A stretch of DNA of 64,000 bases from an uncultured Verrucomicrobiae bacterium (GTDB taxonomy: Bacteria > Verrucomicrobiota > Verrucomicrobiia > Chthoniobacterales > JAFAMB01): positions 448,001 to 512,000 of the forward strand of contig CAVXLD010000005.1 in assembly GCA_963762565.1 (NCBI GenBank), in the 5' to 3' direction. A program made the translations under genes and the position numbers. Each line of letters begins with the position of its first letter. Position 1 is the stretch's first letter. The notes beneath the pieces were generated by a model, which saw only the letters and a list, made by a program, of their open reading frames with translations, was not told the DNA's origin and did no database searches. Shown here one piece after another: positions 18,551 to 29,800 of this stretch.

Positions 18551-21500
18551 ATGATCGATATTGATCTAACGAATTCGACGTCTTCAAATCGGCTTGAAGT
18601 AGACACTCTCAAGGCTTGGCTAACCAAAGAACTTGCCCAGGCGCTTGAGATCAGCAAAACCGCGATTGCTACAAACCAGCCTTTTAGCAGGCTAGGGCTC
18701 GATTCGGTTAATGCTGTCAGAGTGATTGGTCGCTTAGGTCAATTTCTCGGTCGGAAAATCCCAGTCACTTCGATTTGGAGTTACCCGACGATCGACAAGC
18801 TGTGCAACCATCTAGGCGGCAATTCGGAGTTAGATAGGGAAAAGTCCCCTCAAGGCTCCTTCTTAAGGCCCGGCTGTGAGCAGCCGATTGCCGTGATTGG
18901 CATTTCTTGCCGGTTTCCGGGAGCGCCAGATCCGGCTTCTTTCTGGCAAATGCTCGCCTCCGGACGTTCTGCCATCCGAGAGATCACTCCCGACCGCAGG
19001 GGTCTCAAGACGGGGGATGATGCAGATCGAAATAAGTTTGGCCCAACAAACACGCCTGCCGCCGGCCTTTTAGAGAGCATCGACAAGTTTGATCCAGGCT
19101 TTTTCGGAATTTCGCCGCGGGAGGCGATCCAAATGGATCCGCAGCAGCGGTTGGCTCTGGAGTTGGCTTGGGAAGCTTTGGAGTGTGCCGGGATCAGGCC
19201 GGGCACGCTGCGTGGCAGCCGTACCGGCTTATTTGTTGGTGTGGCCTGGCATGACTATCAAACGCTGGCTCGGAGGATCGGTGCTGAGATCACTCTGCAT
19301 AGCGGTACTGGTCAGGCATTCAGCATAGTTGCCAATCGCGTTTCTTACGCGTTGGGATTGCAGGGGCCGAGTATTGCTCTTGATACGGCCTGTTCCTCGT
19401 CCCTGGTCAGCGTGCACCTTGCATGTCAAAGCCTGTACTTCGGTGACGCCAACCTGGCCATTGCAGGCGGGGTAAATCTGATCATTGATCCTGAGACGAC
19501 GGTCGCTCTCTCTGCGTTTGGCGGACTTTCTCCTAGCAACCTGCTGTGTGCATTCGATGCGCGTGCCAATGGTTTTGTACGCGGTGAAGGCGGCGGATTT
19601 GTAGTGCTAAAGCCACTGAACCGAGCCATAGCCGATGGAGATCCCGTCTACGCAGTCATTCGTGGAACGGCGGTCAATAATGATGGAGCTAGTAACGGTC
19701 TAACGGCGCCGAATCCCCTGGCTCAGGAAACAGTAGTCCGCGAAGCCTATCTGCGTGCCGGTATCAGAACTGCAGATGTGGATTACGTTGAGGCTCACGG
19801 GACAGGAACTCAACTAGGTGATCCGATCGAAGCCCAAGCTCTGGGAAGCGTATTTGCTAGCGAGCGGCCTGGTGCGCGGCCTCTGCTGCTTGGCTCGGTA
19901 AAGACAAATATCGGCCATCTCGAAAGCGCAGCCGGTATTGCCGGTCTCATCAAGCTGATACTTTCGCTCAAGCATCGCCAAGTTCCTCCTAGCCTTAATT
20001 TTCAGACCCCTAATCCTCACATTGATTTCACCGGCTCTAATCTGCGGGTAGTCACGGAACTCGAACCTTGGCCAGATTCGTCGACTCCGGCCATTGGAGG
20101 CGTCAGCTCATTCGGATGGGGAGGCACAAATTGCCATATCGTCGTTGAAGAAGCAGTTCGAAGCCATGCGTACCTATTGCCCTTGAGTGCGCCTGATGTC
20201 AGGTCCTTAAAGGCGACCGCGGAGACGCTTAAAGCCTACCTAAGGGCGAATGCTCGTTTTCTTTCGCTTGGTGATGTGTGCGCCACCGCTGCTGCGAGAC
20301 TCTCGACGCGACCGCACAGAGTGGCCTTGACGGCCACCTCTTTAAGTGACCTTGACCATCAGTTAGAAGGATTCCTGTGCGACCAGAAGCGTCCAGGGGT
20401 GGCGGCCGGTTGCGGGGCTACATCAGGACGAAAGCTGGCGTTTACCTTTTCTCCGCAGGGTTCGCAATGGCTGGGTATGGGGCGAAGCCTTTTAACGGCT
20501 GAACCTGTCTTCAGGGCAAAACTGGCTGAATGTGATCAATCACTAACTGCACTTGCTGGATGGTCGCTCTTTGACTTGCTGTTAGGTGCATCGGAAGAAT
20601 CACGGTTCAGTCAGGTCGAATTTATCCAACCTGCGCTCTCTGCCATTCAACTTGCGTTGGCCGAATTGTGGATCTCTTGGGGCGTACGACCCGATTTTGT
20701 GGGGGCACATAGTCTTGGCGAGTGGGCGGCTGCCGGCGTCGCCGGCGCTTTGACCATCGATGAAGTCATGCGGGTCGCCGTTGAGTCCAGTCGCTCTCAA
20801 TCCGTGGTGGGGTCGGGCGGTGGAATGGCCATCGTTGAACTCACTTGCGAGGAAGTCGCTGAGCGTATCCAAGAATGGTCGGGAGAGATTTTCATTGCTG
20901 GTCAGAACAGCCCGACTTCGATCTTGCTTTCCGGGAATGCTAGTCGGCTCAAATCTTTGGTCACTATCTGGAAAGATGAAGGACTGACCTGCTCGATTAT
21001 CGACGTAAACACCGCCGCGCACAGTCCCTGTATGGATTCGGCGGCGGATCGTTTGCAGGGCTTATTAGGCGGTTTGCATCCGACACGTTCCGTGATCCCG
21101 CTGGTGTCTTCGGTAACCGGGGGCCGTATGGCGGGCCAGGAGTTAGGGCCGAAGTATTGGGCACGCCATCTGCGCCAGCCAGTGCTCTTTAGGCGGGCTA
21201 TCGAGCAGCTGGCGGACGATGGGTGTACCGTCTTTCTGGAGATCAGCCCTCATCCGGTGTTGATTGGCAGCATCAAGCAAGTACTAGCCGCTCGCGGGAT
21301 CGATGGTGTGGCGCTCGGCTCTTGCCGGCGAGCGGACGATGAACGCCAGTCACTCTTGTGCTCTTTGGGGGCCTTGTATGTCCTGGGACAGCCAATCGAG
21401 TGGCGTGCTGTCTTGCACGGTGGAAGGGAGGATCTGGACTTTCCAATTCCCAATGCTTCCCCGGGGATCGTAACCCGCAACACAGCGAAAGAAGTTAACG

Positions 21501-24500
21501 ATACCGCACAATGCAGGCCTTCCGTTCCGACCACTTCTTATTCGTCAATGTCGCTGCTCCCGCTGTCCGGCCATACGAATTCCGCGCTCCGGGACCGGGC
21601 GCAATCAATTGCCCAGTATCTTCGAACCCAACCGGAAACCAGCCTGGACGACGTGTTACATACCTTGGGGGTCGGCCGGGAGCATCTGGAACATCGTTTC
21701 GGGGTCGTGGGAGCAGGGCGAGAACAATTGATCTCGAAGCTCGAGGCATTTGCTGGAGGTAAGTCAGCTCCCGATCTCGACTTTGTAATCGGCAGAGCTC
21801 GTTCCGGCGCTGTGCCGCGGGTAGCTTTTGTTTGCTCGGGCCAGGGGCCCCAATGGCAGGGCATGGGACGCGAGCTCATGCGTTCTGTGCCGGTCTTTCG
21901 CACAGAAATTCTTTGGTGTGCCGAGGCGATGAAACCCCACGCTTCGTGGGACTTACTTGAGGAGTTGGAGCGCGATGAATCGAATTCACGGATGCGCGAA
22001 ACAGAGATTGCGCAGCCCGCTCTGTTCGCCGTTCAAGTTGCACTCGCGGCCACCTGGCGTTCGTGGGGTATTGTCCCACATGCTCTAATCGGCCATAGCG
22101 CCGGAGAGATCGCAGCCGCCTATCTTAGCGGTGCGCTTTCCCTCGAGGACGCGGTGATGGTCATTTGCAGGCGCGCACACATTATGCAGCGCGCGGCCGG
22201 TTTCGGCAAAATGGCTGCTCTTGAGATGACTGAATCCGACGCGGAGGAGCTGCTTGGCCTACATCCCGATCGAATATCCATTGCCGCGGTGAACAGCCCG
22301 ACCTCGGTTGTTTTTTCGGGCGACGCATCTGCCATCGATTCAATTGTAGAGGCTGCTGCGGACCAGGGCGTCCGTGCCAAGTTTCTGCCGGTCGACTATG
22401 CGTTTCATAGTATCCAAATCGAACCATTCCGAATGGAAATGGTCGAATCGGTTTCGGAACTCAAACCTCACACTCCATCGATTCCGATTTATTCGACGGT
22501 GACAGGAGCACAGGCGGCATCCAACGACTTCGGAATGGAGTACTGGGGTCGTAACATCCGACAAACTGTCCGATTCGCTGCCGCAACGCGGGCAATGCTT
22601 GATGCGGGAATCGATACCTTTGTGGAGTTGAGCCCCCATCCGGTCTTGTCGGCGATGATCGGCCAGTGTGCGGAAGCGATTCCGAAAAGAGCTCAACCAC
22701 TGCCTTCTTTGCGACATGGGGCTTCCGAGCAGCTCCAGATGTTCCGCTCCCTGGCTGCTCTCTTCGTGGCTGGAGCTGAAGTTGATTGGAAAGAAGTCTG
22801 CGTAAAAGCCGGCCGGATGGTCTTGTTACCGCCATATCCCTGGCAGAGAAAACGGCGTTTTTGGTTTGAGGTCCGAGCCGACGCTCTTAACGGTTCGCCG
22901 GCGAAAATGCTTACCGACCGGCCGAATACCCATCCACTTCTCGGCGGCCGGCTCTGTTCGCCCGTTCTTAAGGACACCGTTTTTCAGTCCGAATTGAGCG
23001 CCCGCGTTCCGGCATTCCTAGAAGACCATCAGATTTGCGGGCAGGTCGTTCTTCCGGCAGCTGCTTATGTGGAAATCGCAATCGCGGGTGCCCATCAGGT
23101 TTTCGGCGAGGGTATGCACTGCGTTGAAGATCTATCGTTAGACCAAGCGCTTCAATTGGATGTCGCCAGGCAAACCACCGTTCAGATGATCCTTCAAAGC
23201 CCGGAAGAGGGTTCAGCTGCATTCGAGGTCTTTAGCGCGCCTGACCAAGGACAGGCCCCGGACACTGTTTGGACTCAGCACGTCAAAGGGCGAGTGGCCA
23301 GAGTCACCGATGGGCAGGTTCCGGAGGCCGGGTCCGCCGTTCTGGGCGCGCTCCGTAATCGTTGCACTGAATCGGTGGACATCGCGGTGATGTACCGGTT
23401 GTTGAGCGAACAAGGCTCGAGATTTGGTCCGGCTTTCCAAAACATTCGCGCTTTGTGGCGTAGTGCAGGAGAAACCGTGGCGGAAATCGTTCTCGCAGAC
23501 GCGTTGCTTTCGCGGAGCGCTGATTATCGACTCCATCCGGCGCTCCTGGATGCCTGTTTCCAGGCGGCGATTCACGCCCTACCCGAAGGAGCGCGAAGTG
23601 CAGCCCAAGATGAAGTCTTGCTGCCGGTGAACATCGAAAGAGTTCAAATGTTTCGGGATGCTCCGGCGACTGTCTGGTGCCATAGCCGCGTGGATACGAG
23701 GTCCGACAGTGAAGGACACCTGTTCACTTTGCATCTGCAACTTTATGACGTAGACGGCGCCGTTTTGGGCGCGGTCACCGGGCTGCAATTGAAGCGAGTG
23801 AAACGCAGGATGCTCGATCGCTCCTTATCGGTTCCAGAAAAGGAGTGGCTGTTTGAAATGGTTTGGCGCGAAACGCTACGAGTGCAAACTCTCGTGAAAG
23901 GACATTCTGCGCAGTTCAGCCACCCCGGCAGCTGGTTAATCCTGGCCGACGAGCGAGGAACAGGCGAATCCGTTCGAGATCGGCTCGCGTCCGTCGGGCA
24001 GAGGTGTGTTCTGGCATATGCCGGCGCGGATTTTACCCGCCTGACCGACAATCAATTAACGCTTGATCCGGGAAGCCGCTTGGATTTCCAGCGTTTGCTT
24101 CAGGAAATTGTAGCGACTGGTGAGGAGCCACTCAAAGGGGTGCTCCACTTGTGGAGCCTGGATCTTCCGGATTTCGATTCGATGACAAAGGAGGAGCTAA
24201 CCCGCTCGCAACTTCTGGCTAGCGGCGCTGCTCTTCATCTGGTCCAGGCGATCACGTCGTCAAACGCAAAATCGCCGCCACGCTTTTGGCTGATAACCCG
24301 GGGCGCACAGGCCGTACCAGAAACATCACCAGCAATCCACCCAGCGATGGCCCCGTTATGGGGCCTTGGGCAAGTGATTGCCTCCGAACATCCCGAATTG
24401 CGTTGCCGGCGGATCGATTTGGATCCACAGCGCTCTGGCGATTACGGTGATGTTCTGTTCGCAGAGTTGACTCGCGACGAATCCAATGAGGATGCAATTG

Positions 24501-26809
24501 TATTCCGCAATCAATCATGTCTGGTGCCGCGATTGGTTCCTATACTAGCAAAGACGACAACTGGATCGTCTTCTCATCCCATCTCGCAGGCGGTCCAGTT
24601 GGCAGCCAAGCCGACCGGCATTCTCGAGAATTTGCATTGGGCCCCCTTAGAGCGAGTGGCTCCAGGTGCAGGTGAGGTGGAGATTCAGGTGCAGGCGACC
24701 GGACTGAATTTCAGAGACGTTCTTTATACCCTTGGGATGTATCCCGGCGAAATTGATGCGCTTGGCGGCGAGTGCGCCGGAATCATTACGCGAATCGGAG
24801 ATGGTATCAATGGGCTCGAATTGGGCGATCAAATCATGGCAGTCGCACCTGGCGGTTTCAGTACCTACTTGACGCTCCGGCGCGATTACGTTGCCCGCGT
24901 GCCTGATGGCATGTCCATCGCCGAAGGGGCGTCAATTCCTGTTGCATTCCTAACTGCATTCTACGCACTGCACCGCTTAGCTCGTATGAAAGCAGGGGAT
25001 CGTGTGCTCATCCATGCCGCAGCCGGCGGTGTGGGGCTTGCCGCTGTTCAACTCGCTCGACGGGCCGTCGCCGAAATTTTTGTCACAGCCGGAAACGAGG
25101 AGAAACGATCTTATTTGAGAGGCCTTGGCGTAGAACACGTCTTCGATTCGCGCTCTACCGATTTCGCGGCTGAGATTCTGGGCCAGACCGAAGGGCACGG
25201 CGTAGATATCGTACTGAATTCTCTGGCCGGAGAATTTATCGGGAAGAGCGTGTCGGTTCTCGCAGCGGGCGGCCGTTTCCTCGAGCTAGGGAAGCGCGGA
25301 ATTCTGAGCCGGCAGCAGTTTGCTGCGTTGCGTCCCGATTGCGAATATCGCCCTTTTGATTTGGGAGAGGAAGCGCTCGCAGATGCGTCGTTGTTGCCAG
25401 GAATGTTCGCAGAGCTCTCCGCGGCATTGGCCAGCGGAGGTTTGCGTACGCTACCACTTACTCTCTTTAAGAGCGACCGGGTTGTTGAGGCTTTTCGCTT
25501 CATGGCGCAGGCGAAGCATATCGGAAAAATCGTGGTCACGAAATGCGATCCTGAGACAGAAGCCCGAACTTTATTGCGGACGGTTCGTTTCCGCGATGAC
25601 GCTACTTATTTGATCACCGGTGGTTTAGGTGGGCTGGGTTTGGAAACGGCGCGCTGGATGACCTGCGAAGGAGCTCGCAATTTAGTACTGGTTGGACGAC
25701 ACGCACCTGATACTGCGACCTCAACTTTCCTACAGGAACTGAGGCATGAAGGTGTCCGTATCGCAGTCGAAAAATGCGACGTTTCAGAGGCAGCCGAAGT
25801 CGCCGCAATGTTGCAGCGCACCTCTGAATCCCTGCCGCCGCTCCGCGGAATCATACACGCTGCCGGTGTACTGGACGATGGCATCATTGAGCAACAAACC
25901 TGGCTCCGGTTCGAAAATGTTCTGGCAGCTAAGGTCCATGGCGCTTGGAATCTTCACCGGCAGACTTTGTCAGTCGACTTGGATTTCTTTGTCTTTTTCT
26001 CTGCGGCCGCCACACTCATCGGTTCACCGGGGCAAGCGAGTTACGCGGCTGCTAACGCATTCATGGACGCGCTCGCCCATCATCGAAAGTCCAGGGGATT
26101 GTCAGCAGTGAGCATAAACTGGGGCGCCTGGGCGGAAACCGGTATGGCTGCTCGTCTGGCGGCAAAAGACGCGCAACGCTGGGCCGATCGTGGTTTTCGT
26201 CCGATCGGCTTGTCCGAGGGCATGGCAAAACTGGGAGAGATGCTCGCTTCTTCACGTGCCCAGACCGCGGCTTTGCCCGTTGACTGGTCTAAATTGTTCG
26301 CTGGGTTTTCCGGGAGTGCTCCGTCGCTTTTCGAGGAGCTGATTAACGGTTCGGTTAACGAAGTGCCTGTCCGCGGAGAAGCTGGGCCAGCAGAAAACGA
26401 CTTATCGGACCGCTTGGCTGCCGAACCTGGTCGACGGCTAGCAATATTGGAAGCGCACGTCCAGTCCGCAGCTTTGCGCGTTCTCGGCGCAACCGGCTAC
26501 AGTTTGTTAGATCCACGACGACCATTGCACGAGGTCGGTCTTGACTCGCTCATGTCCATCGAATTGCGAAACTCATTGGCGAATTCGCTGAGGCGCGCTC
26601 TACCGGCTACGTTGTTGTTCGACTATCCAACCTTGGAATCCCTCGTTCGTTATCTCGCGAAGGACATTCTGATGCTCGAACTCCCCGAGTCGGTCTCACC
26701 GGAAGGTCGAGTCGAGCCGAGTATTCAAGAAATGGAAGAGCTTGAGAAAATGTCCGAAAGCGAAGCTGAACTGCTCCTGCTGGCAGAATTGGATCAAGCA
26801 AAGAATTAG
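18551..26809 (+). CDS. Type I PKS loading plus first module ACP-KS-AT-AT-DH-ER-KR-ACP
   Basis: N-terminal ACP GLDSV, KS DTACSSS, AT1 AHSLG/AAHS, AT2 GHSAG/YAFH, DH HQICGQVVLP, ER IHAAAGGVG, KR LDD/YAAAN, ACP GLDSLM. Confidence 0.97.
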   Translation: MIDIDLTNSTSSNRLEVDTLKAWLTKELAQALEISKTAIATNQPFSRLGLDSVNAVRVIGRLGQFLGRKIPVTSIWSYPTIDKLCNHLGGNSELDREKSPQGSFLRPGCEQPIAVIGISCRFPGAPDPASFWQMLASGRSAIREITPDRRGLKTGDDADRNKFGPTNTPAAGLLESIDKFDPGFFGISPREAIQMDPQQRLALELAWEALECAGIRPGTLRGSRTGLFVGVAWHDYQTLARRIGAEITLHSGTGQAFSIVANRVSYALGLQGPSIALDTACSSSLVSVHLACQSLYFGDANLAIAGGVNLIIDPETTVALSAFGGLSPSNLLCAFDARANGFVRGEGGGFVVLKPLNRAIADGDPVYAVIRGTAVNNDGASNGLTAPNPLAQETVVREAYLRAGIRTADVDYVEAHGTGTQLGDPIEAQALGSVFASERPGARPLLLGSVKTNIGHLESAAGIAGLIKLILSLKHRQVPPSLNFQTPNPHIDFTGSNLRVVTELEPWPDSSTPAIGGVSSFGWGGTNCHIVVEEAVRSHAYLLPLSAPDVRSLKATAETLKAYLRANARFLSLGDVCATAAARLSTRPHRVALTATSLSDLDHQLEGFLCDQKRPGVAAGCGATSGRKLAFTFSPQGSQWLGMGRSLLTAEPVFRAKLAECDQSLTALAGWSLFDLLLGASEESRFSQVEFIQPALSAIQLALAELWISWGVRPDFVGAHSLGEWAAAGVAGALTIDEVMRVAVESSRSQSVVGSGGGMAIVELTCEEVAERIQEWSGEIFIAGQNSPTSILLSGNASRLKSLVTIWKDEGLTCSIIDVNTAAHSPCMDSAADRLQGLLGGLHPTRSVIPLVSSVTGGRMAGQELGPKYWARHLRQPVLFRRAIEQLADDGCTVFLEISPHPVLIGSIKQVLAARGIDGVALGSCRRADDERQSLLCSLGALYVLGQPIEWRAVLHGGREDLDFPIPNASPGIVTRNTAKEVNDTAQCRPSVPTTSYSSMSLLPLSGHTNSALRDRAQSIAQYLRTQPETSLDDVLHTLGVGREHLEHRFGVVGAGREQLISKLEAFAGGKSAPDLDFVIGRARSGAVPRVAFVCSGQGPQWQGMGRELMRSVPVFRTEILWCAEAMKPHASWDLLEELERDESNSRMRETEIAQPALFAVQVALAATWRSWGIVPHALIGHSAGEIAAAYLSGALSLEDAVMVICRRAHIMQRAAGFGKMAALEMTESDAEELLGLHPDRISIAAVNSPTSVVFSGDASAIDSIVEAAADQGVRAKFLPVDYAFHSIQIEPFRMEMVESVSELKPHTPSIPIYSTVTGAQAASNDFGMEYWGRNIRQTVRFAAATRAMLDAGIDTFVELSPHPVLSAMIGQCAEAIPKRAQPLPSLRHGASEQLQMFRSLAALFVAGAEVDWKEVCVKAGRMVLLPPYPWQRKRRFWFEVRADALNGSPAKMLTDRPNTHPLLGGRLCSPVLKDTVFQSELSARVPAFLEDHQICGQVVLPAAAYVEIAIAGAHQVFGEGMHCVEDLSLDQALQLDVARQTTVQMILQSPEEGSAAFEVFSAPDQGQAPDTVWTQHVKGRVARVTDGQVPEAGSAVLGALRNRCTESVDIAVMYRLLSEQGSRFGPAFQNIRALWRSAGETVAEIVLADALLSRSADYRLHPALLDACFQAAIHALPEGARSAAQDEVLLPVNIERVQMFRDAPATVWCHSRVDTRSDSEGHLFTLHLQLYDVDGAVLGAVTGLQLKRVKRRMLDRSLSVPEKEWLFEMVWRETLRVQTLVKGHSAQFSHPGSWLILADERGTGESVRDRLASVGQRCVLAYAGADFTRLTDNQLTLDPGSRLDFQRLLQEIVATGEEPLKGVLHLWSLDLPDFDSMTKEELTRSQLLASGAALHLVQAITSSNAKSPPRFWLITRGAQAVPETSPAIHPAMAPLWGLGQVIASEHPELRCRRIDLDPQRSGDYGDVLFAELTRDESNEDAIVFRNQSCLVPRLVPILAKTTTGSSSHPISQAVQLAAKPTGILENLHWAPLERVAPGAGEVEIQVQATGLNFRDVLYTLGMYPGEIDALGGECAGIITRIGDGINGLELGDQIMAVAPGGFSTYLTLRRDYVARVPDGMSIAEGASIPVAFLTAFYALHRLARMKAGDRVLIHAAAGGVGLAAVQLARRAVAEIFVTAGNEEKRSYLRGLGVEHVFDSRSTDFAAEILGQTEGHGVDIVLNSLAGEFIGKSVSVLAAGGRFLELGKRGILSRQQFAALRPDCEYRPFDLGEEALADASLLPGMFAELSAALASGGLRTLPLTLFKSDRVVEAFRFMAQAKHIGKIVVTKCDPETEARTLLRTVRFRDDATYLITGGLGGLGLETARWMTCEGARNLVLVGRHAPDTATSTFLQELRHEGVRIAVEKCDVSEAAEVAAMLQRTSESLPPLRGIIHAAGVLDDGIIEQQTWLRFENVLAAKVHGAWNLHRQTLSVDLDFFVFFSAAATLIGSPGQASYAAANAFMDALAHHRKSRGLSAVSINWGAWAETGMAARLAAKDAQRWADRGFRPIGLSEGMAKLGEMLASSRAQTAALPVDWSKLFAGFSGSAPSLFEELINGSVNEVPVRGEAGPAENDLSDRLAAEPGRRLAILEAHVQSAALRVLGATGYSLLDPRRPLHEVGLDSLMSIELRNSLANSLRRALPATLLFDYPTLESLVRYLAKDILMLELPESVSPEGRVEPSIQEMEELEKMSESEAELLLLAELDQAKN

Positions 26810-26813
26810 CAAG

Positions 26814-29800
26814 ATGAGTCAGAGTCAGGCATCAAGGGAGCAACTCTCTCCCTTAAAACGTGCAATTTTAGAGCTGCGCGAGCTGCGGGCTAAATTGGAG
26901 GGGGCGGACCGCAGTCAGCGAGAACCGATTGCCATCATTGGAATGGGTTTCCGGTTACCCGGAGGAGCGCATGAAGAATCCTCCCTCTGGCGCATATTGT
27001 CGGACGGAATCGATGTTATCACGGAAATTCCCGGCGACCGGTGGGACCTGGAAGCGTATTACGATCCTGATCCGGACATGCCAGGGAAGATGAATTGCCG
27101 CCACGGCGCATTTCTGAGTGGGGTGGATCGATTCGACGCGGAGTTCTTTGGCATATCGCCACGCGAAGCCGCCAGCATGGATCCCCAGCATCGGCTGCTG
27201 CTGGAGACTTCCTGGCAAGCACTCGAGAATGCAGCCATTGCGCCGGCGAGCCTCCGCGACACAAAAATGGGTGCCTTCGTGGGAGTGAGCACTAACGATT
27301 ACGGGCGCATGGTTTATGATGACGAAGAGGGGATCGACGCCTACTCTACGGTGGGAAACTCCTACAGCGCGGCGGCTGGTCGACTCTCGTATTTTTTTGG
27401 CGTTCACGGTCCATCCATGGCTATTGATACCGCGTGTTCCTCCTCGCTGGTAGCCGTGCATCAGGCGTGTCGGAGTTTGCGCCAAGGCGAATGCAATCTC
27501 GCGCTCGCAGCCGGGGTAAACGTGATTCTCACGCCTCAAGCCAACATTAATTTCTGCAAGTCGCGGATGCTCGCTTCCGACGGGCGTTGTAAAACTTTCG
27601 ACGCCAGCGCTGACGGGTACGTCCGGGGTGAGGGATGCGCAGTTCTGGTTCTCAAACCCCTATCGTCAGCACTGGCGAGTGGCGACCGAATTCTCGCCGT
27701 GATTCGTGGCTCGGCAGTCAATCAGGACGGCCGCAGCGGCGGGCTGACCGCGCCGAATGGTCCTGCCCAGGAAGCGGTGATAAGAGAGGCGCTTGTTGCC
27801 GCTGACGTTGTCCCTCATGAGGTCAGCTACCTGGAAGCACACGGAACCGGAACTTCCCTGGGCGATCCCATTGAAGTGCGTGCAGCATGTGCCGTGCTGT
27901 GCAAAGACCGATCGCCTGACCAACCGCTTGCAATCGGTTCCATAAAAACAAACATTGGCCATCTGGAAGCGGCAGCGGGAATTGCCGGTTTACTGAAAGT
28001 CATTCTCGCATTTCAGCACAAACTGATTCCAGCAAATCTACACTTAAAGAAAAAGAATCCATATATCGACTGGGACCGCTGGCCGATCGTTATTCCGACC
28101 GCTTTGACGCCTTGGAATCCGGCGAACGGACGACGAATTGCCGGTGTAAGCTCGTTTGGCTTTAGCGGCACTAACGCGCACGTCATTGTTTCAGAACCTC
28201 CCCCAGCTGAAATTAGTTCTGAGCTCCCGGGTCAGAATGCTGTTCAGCTCTCCGCAACACCGGTACAGTTGTTGCCCTTAAGTGCTCGTAACGAATCGGC
28301 GCTTCTGGAGCTGGCTGGAAGATATCAACAATTGTTCAGTAAGAATCCGAATCTCCAGCTCGCGGATGTCTGTCACACAGCTGGTATTGGCCGCTCGCAT
28401 TTTGAATATCGGCTTGCTATGGTCGCGGCGGATTTGCCGGAAGCAGAAGAACGGCTGGCGGCTTTCTTGTCTGACCGAAAGGATCGCGGTTTCAGTGGAC
28501 GCCGGATAAAATCAGTGACGCCGGGTGTCGTATTCATGTTTAGCGGTCAGGGATCTCAATACCCAGGCATGGCCCGCGAATTGTTTGAGACTCAACCTGT
28601 CTTTCGGCGGGAGCTGGAAAAATGCGCGGAGATTTTAAAGCCACTGTTCCCAGTTCCCTTGCTCGAGTTGTTCTTCGCTGATGACAGCCAGTCCAGGGAC
28701 GAAAACAAGGAAAATCTTCTGAGCCAAACCCAGTACACTCAGCCTGTGTTGTTCGCACTCGAGTATGCATTAGCGACGATGTGGCGGTCGTGGGGCGTGG
28801 AACCCGTCACCGTGCTGGGCCACAGCGTTGGCGAGTATGTGGCTGCTTGTGTTGCCGGCGTGTTTAGCCTCGAAGATGGACTTCAACTTATCGCAGAACG
28901 TGGCCGGCTCATAGGCGCTCTTCCAGCGGGCGGCATGATGGCGGCTGTTTCGGCCGATGAATCGCGCGTAGCGAAAGCTATACAGGCTCGTGGTAGCCGG
29001 GTTGCTGTCGCCTGTATAAATGGTCCCGCAAACGTTGTTGTCTCCGGCGAATCTGAGGAGATTGAGAGCCTTTTATCTGCTTTGAAAGATGAAGGCGTAC
29101 ATTCTCGCTCGCTGGTCGTCTCCCATGCTTTTCATTCCGAGTTGATGGACCCGATTCTTGACTCGTTCGTCCGAGCGGCGGCAAAGGTCCGGTATTCTGA
29201 GCCGTTGATTCCCATTGTCTCAAACGTAACCGGGAGATTGGTTACTCCCGGGCTAATGTCCAACCCGGAATATTGGCGGGGTCACATTCGCAAGCCGGTC
29301 CAATTCGCGGGCTCCATTCGCTTTCTCCGCGAAACCGGACAGTCAGTTTTTCTCGAGATCGGTCCCCAACCAGTTTTGTCTGTGATGGCTCGCGCGACGG
29401 CGCCGGAAACCGATGTGGTTTGGGCTATGAGCCTGAATCGCAGCCAAAAGAACTGGGAAAGTCTGCTCGAAGCGGCTTCTACCTTATATGTACATGGAAT
29501 AGATCTCGATTGGCGCTGCCTGCCGACGACCCGGAAAGGCAAACCCATCTCTTTACCTACCTATCCTTTTCAGCGCAGTCGCTTTTGGCTCGAGAATAGG
29601 AAGCCGCATGACGATACCGTAGCTCCTGTTGCCGGATCAGACGCCGAAAGTTGGTTCTACTGCTTGGAGTGGCGTGCGCAGCGACCACTGGCGATGGCAG
29701 CAGGTCGCGGCGGAATTGGTCGCGCGGATTTTACCTCCGCCGTGATGGGCGAAGATAAGTCAAAGAAAATATCTCACGGCTTCTGGATTGTGCTTGGGGA

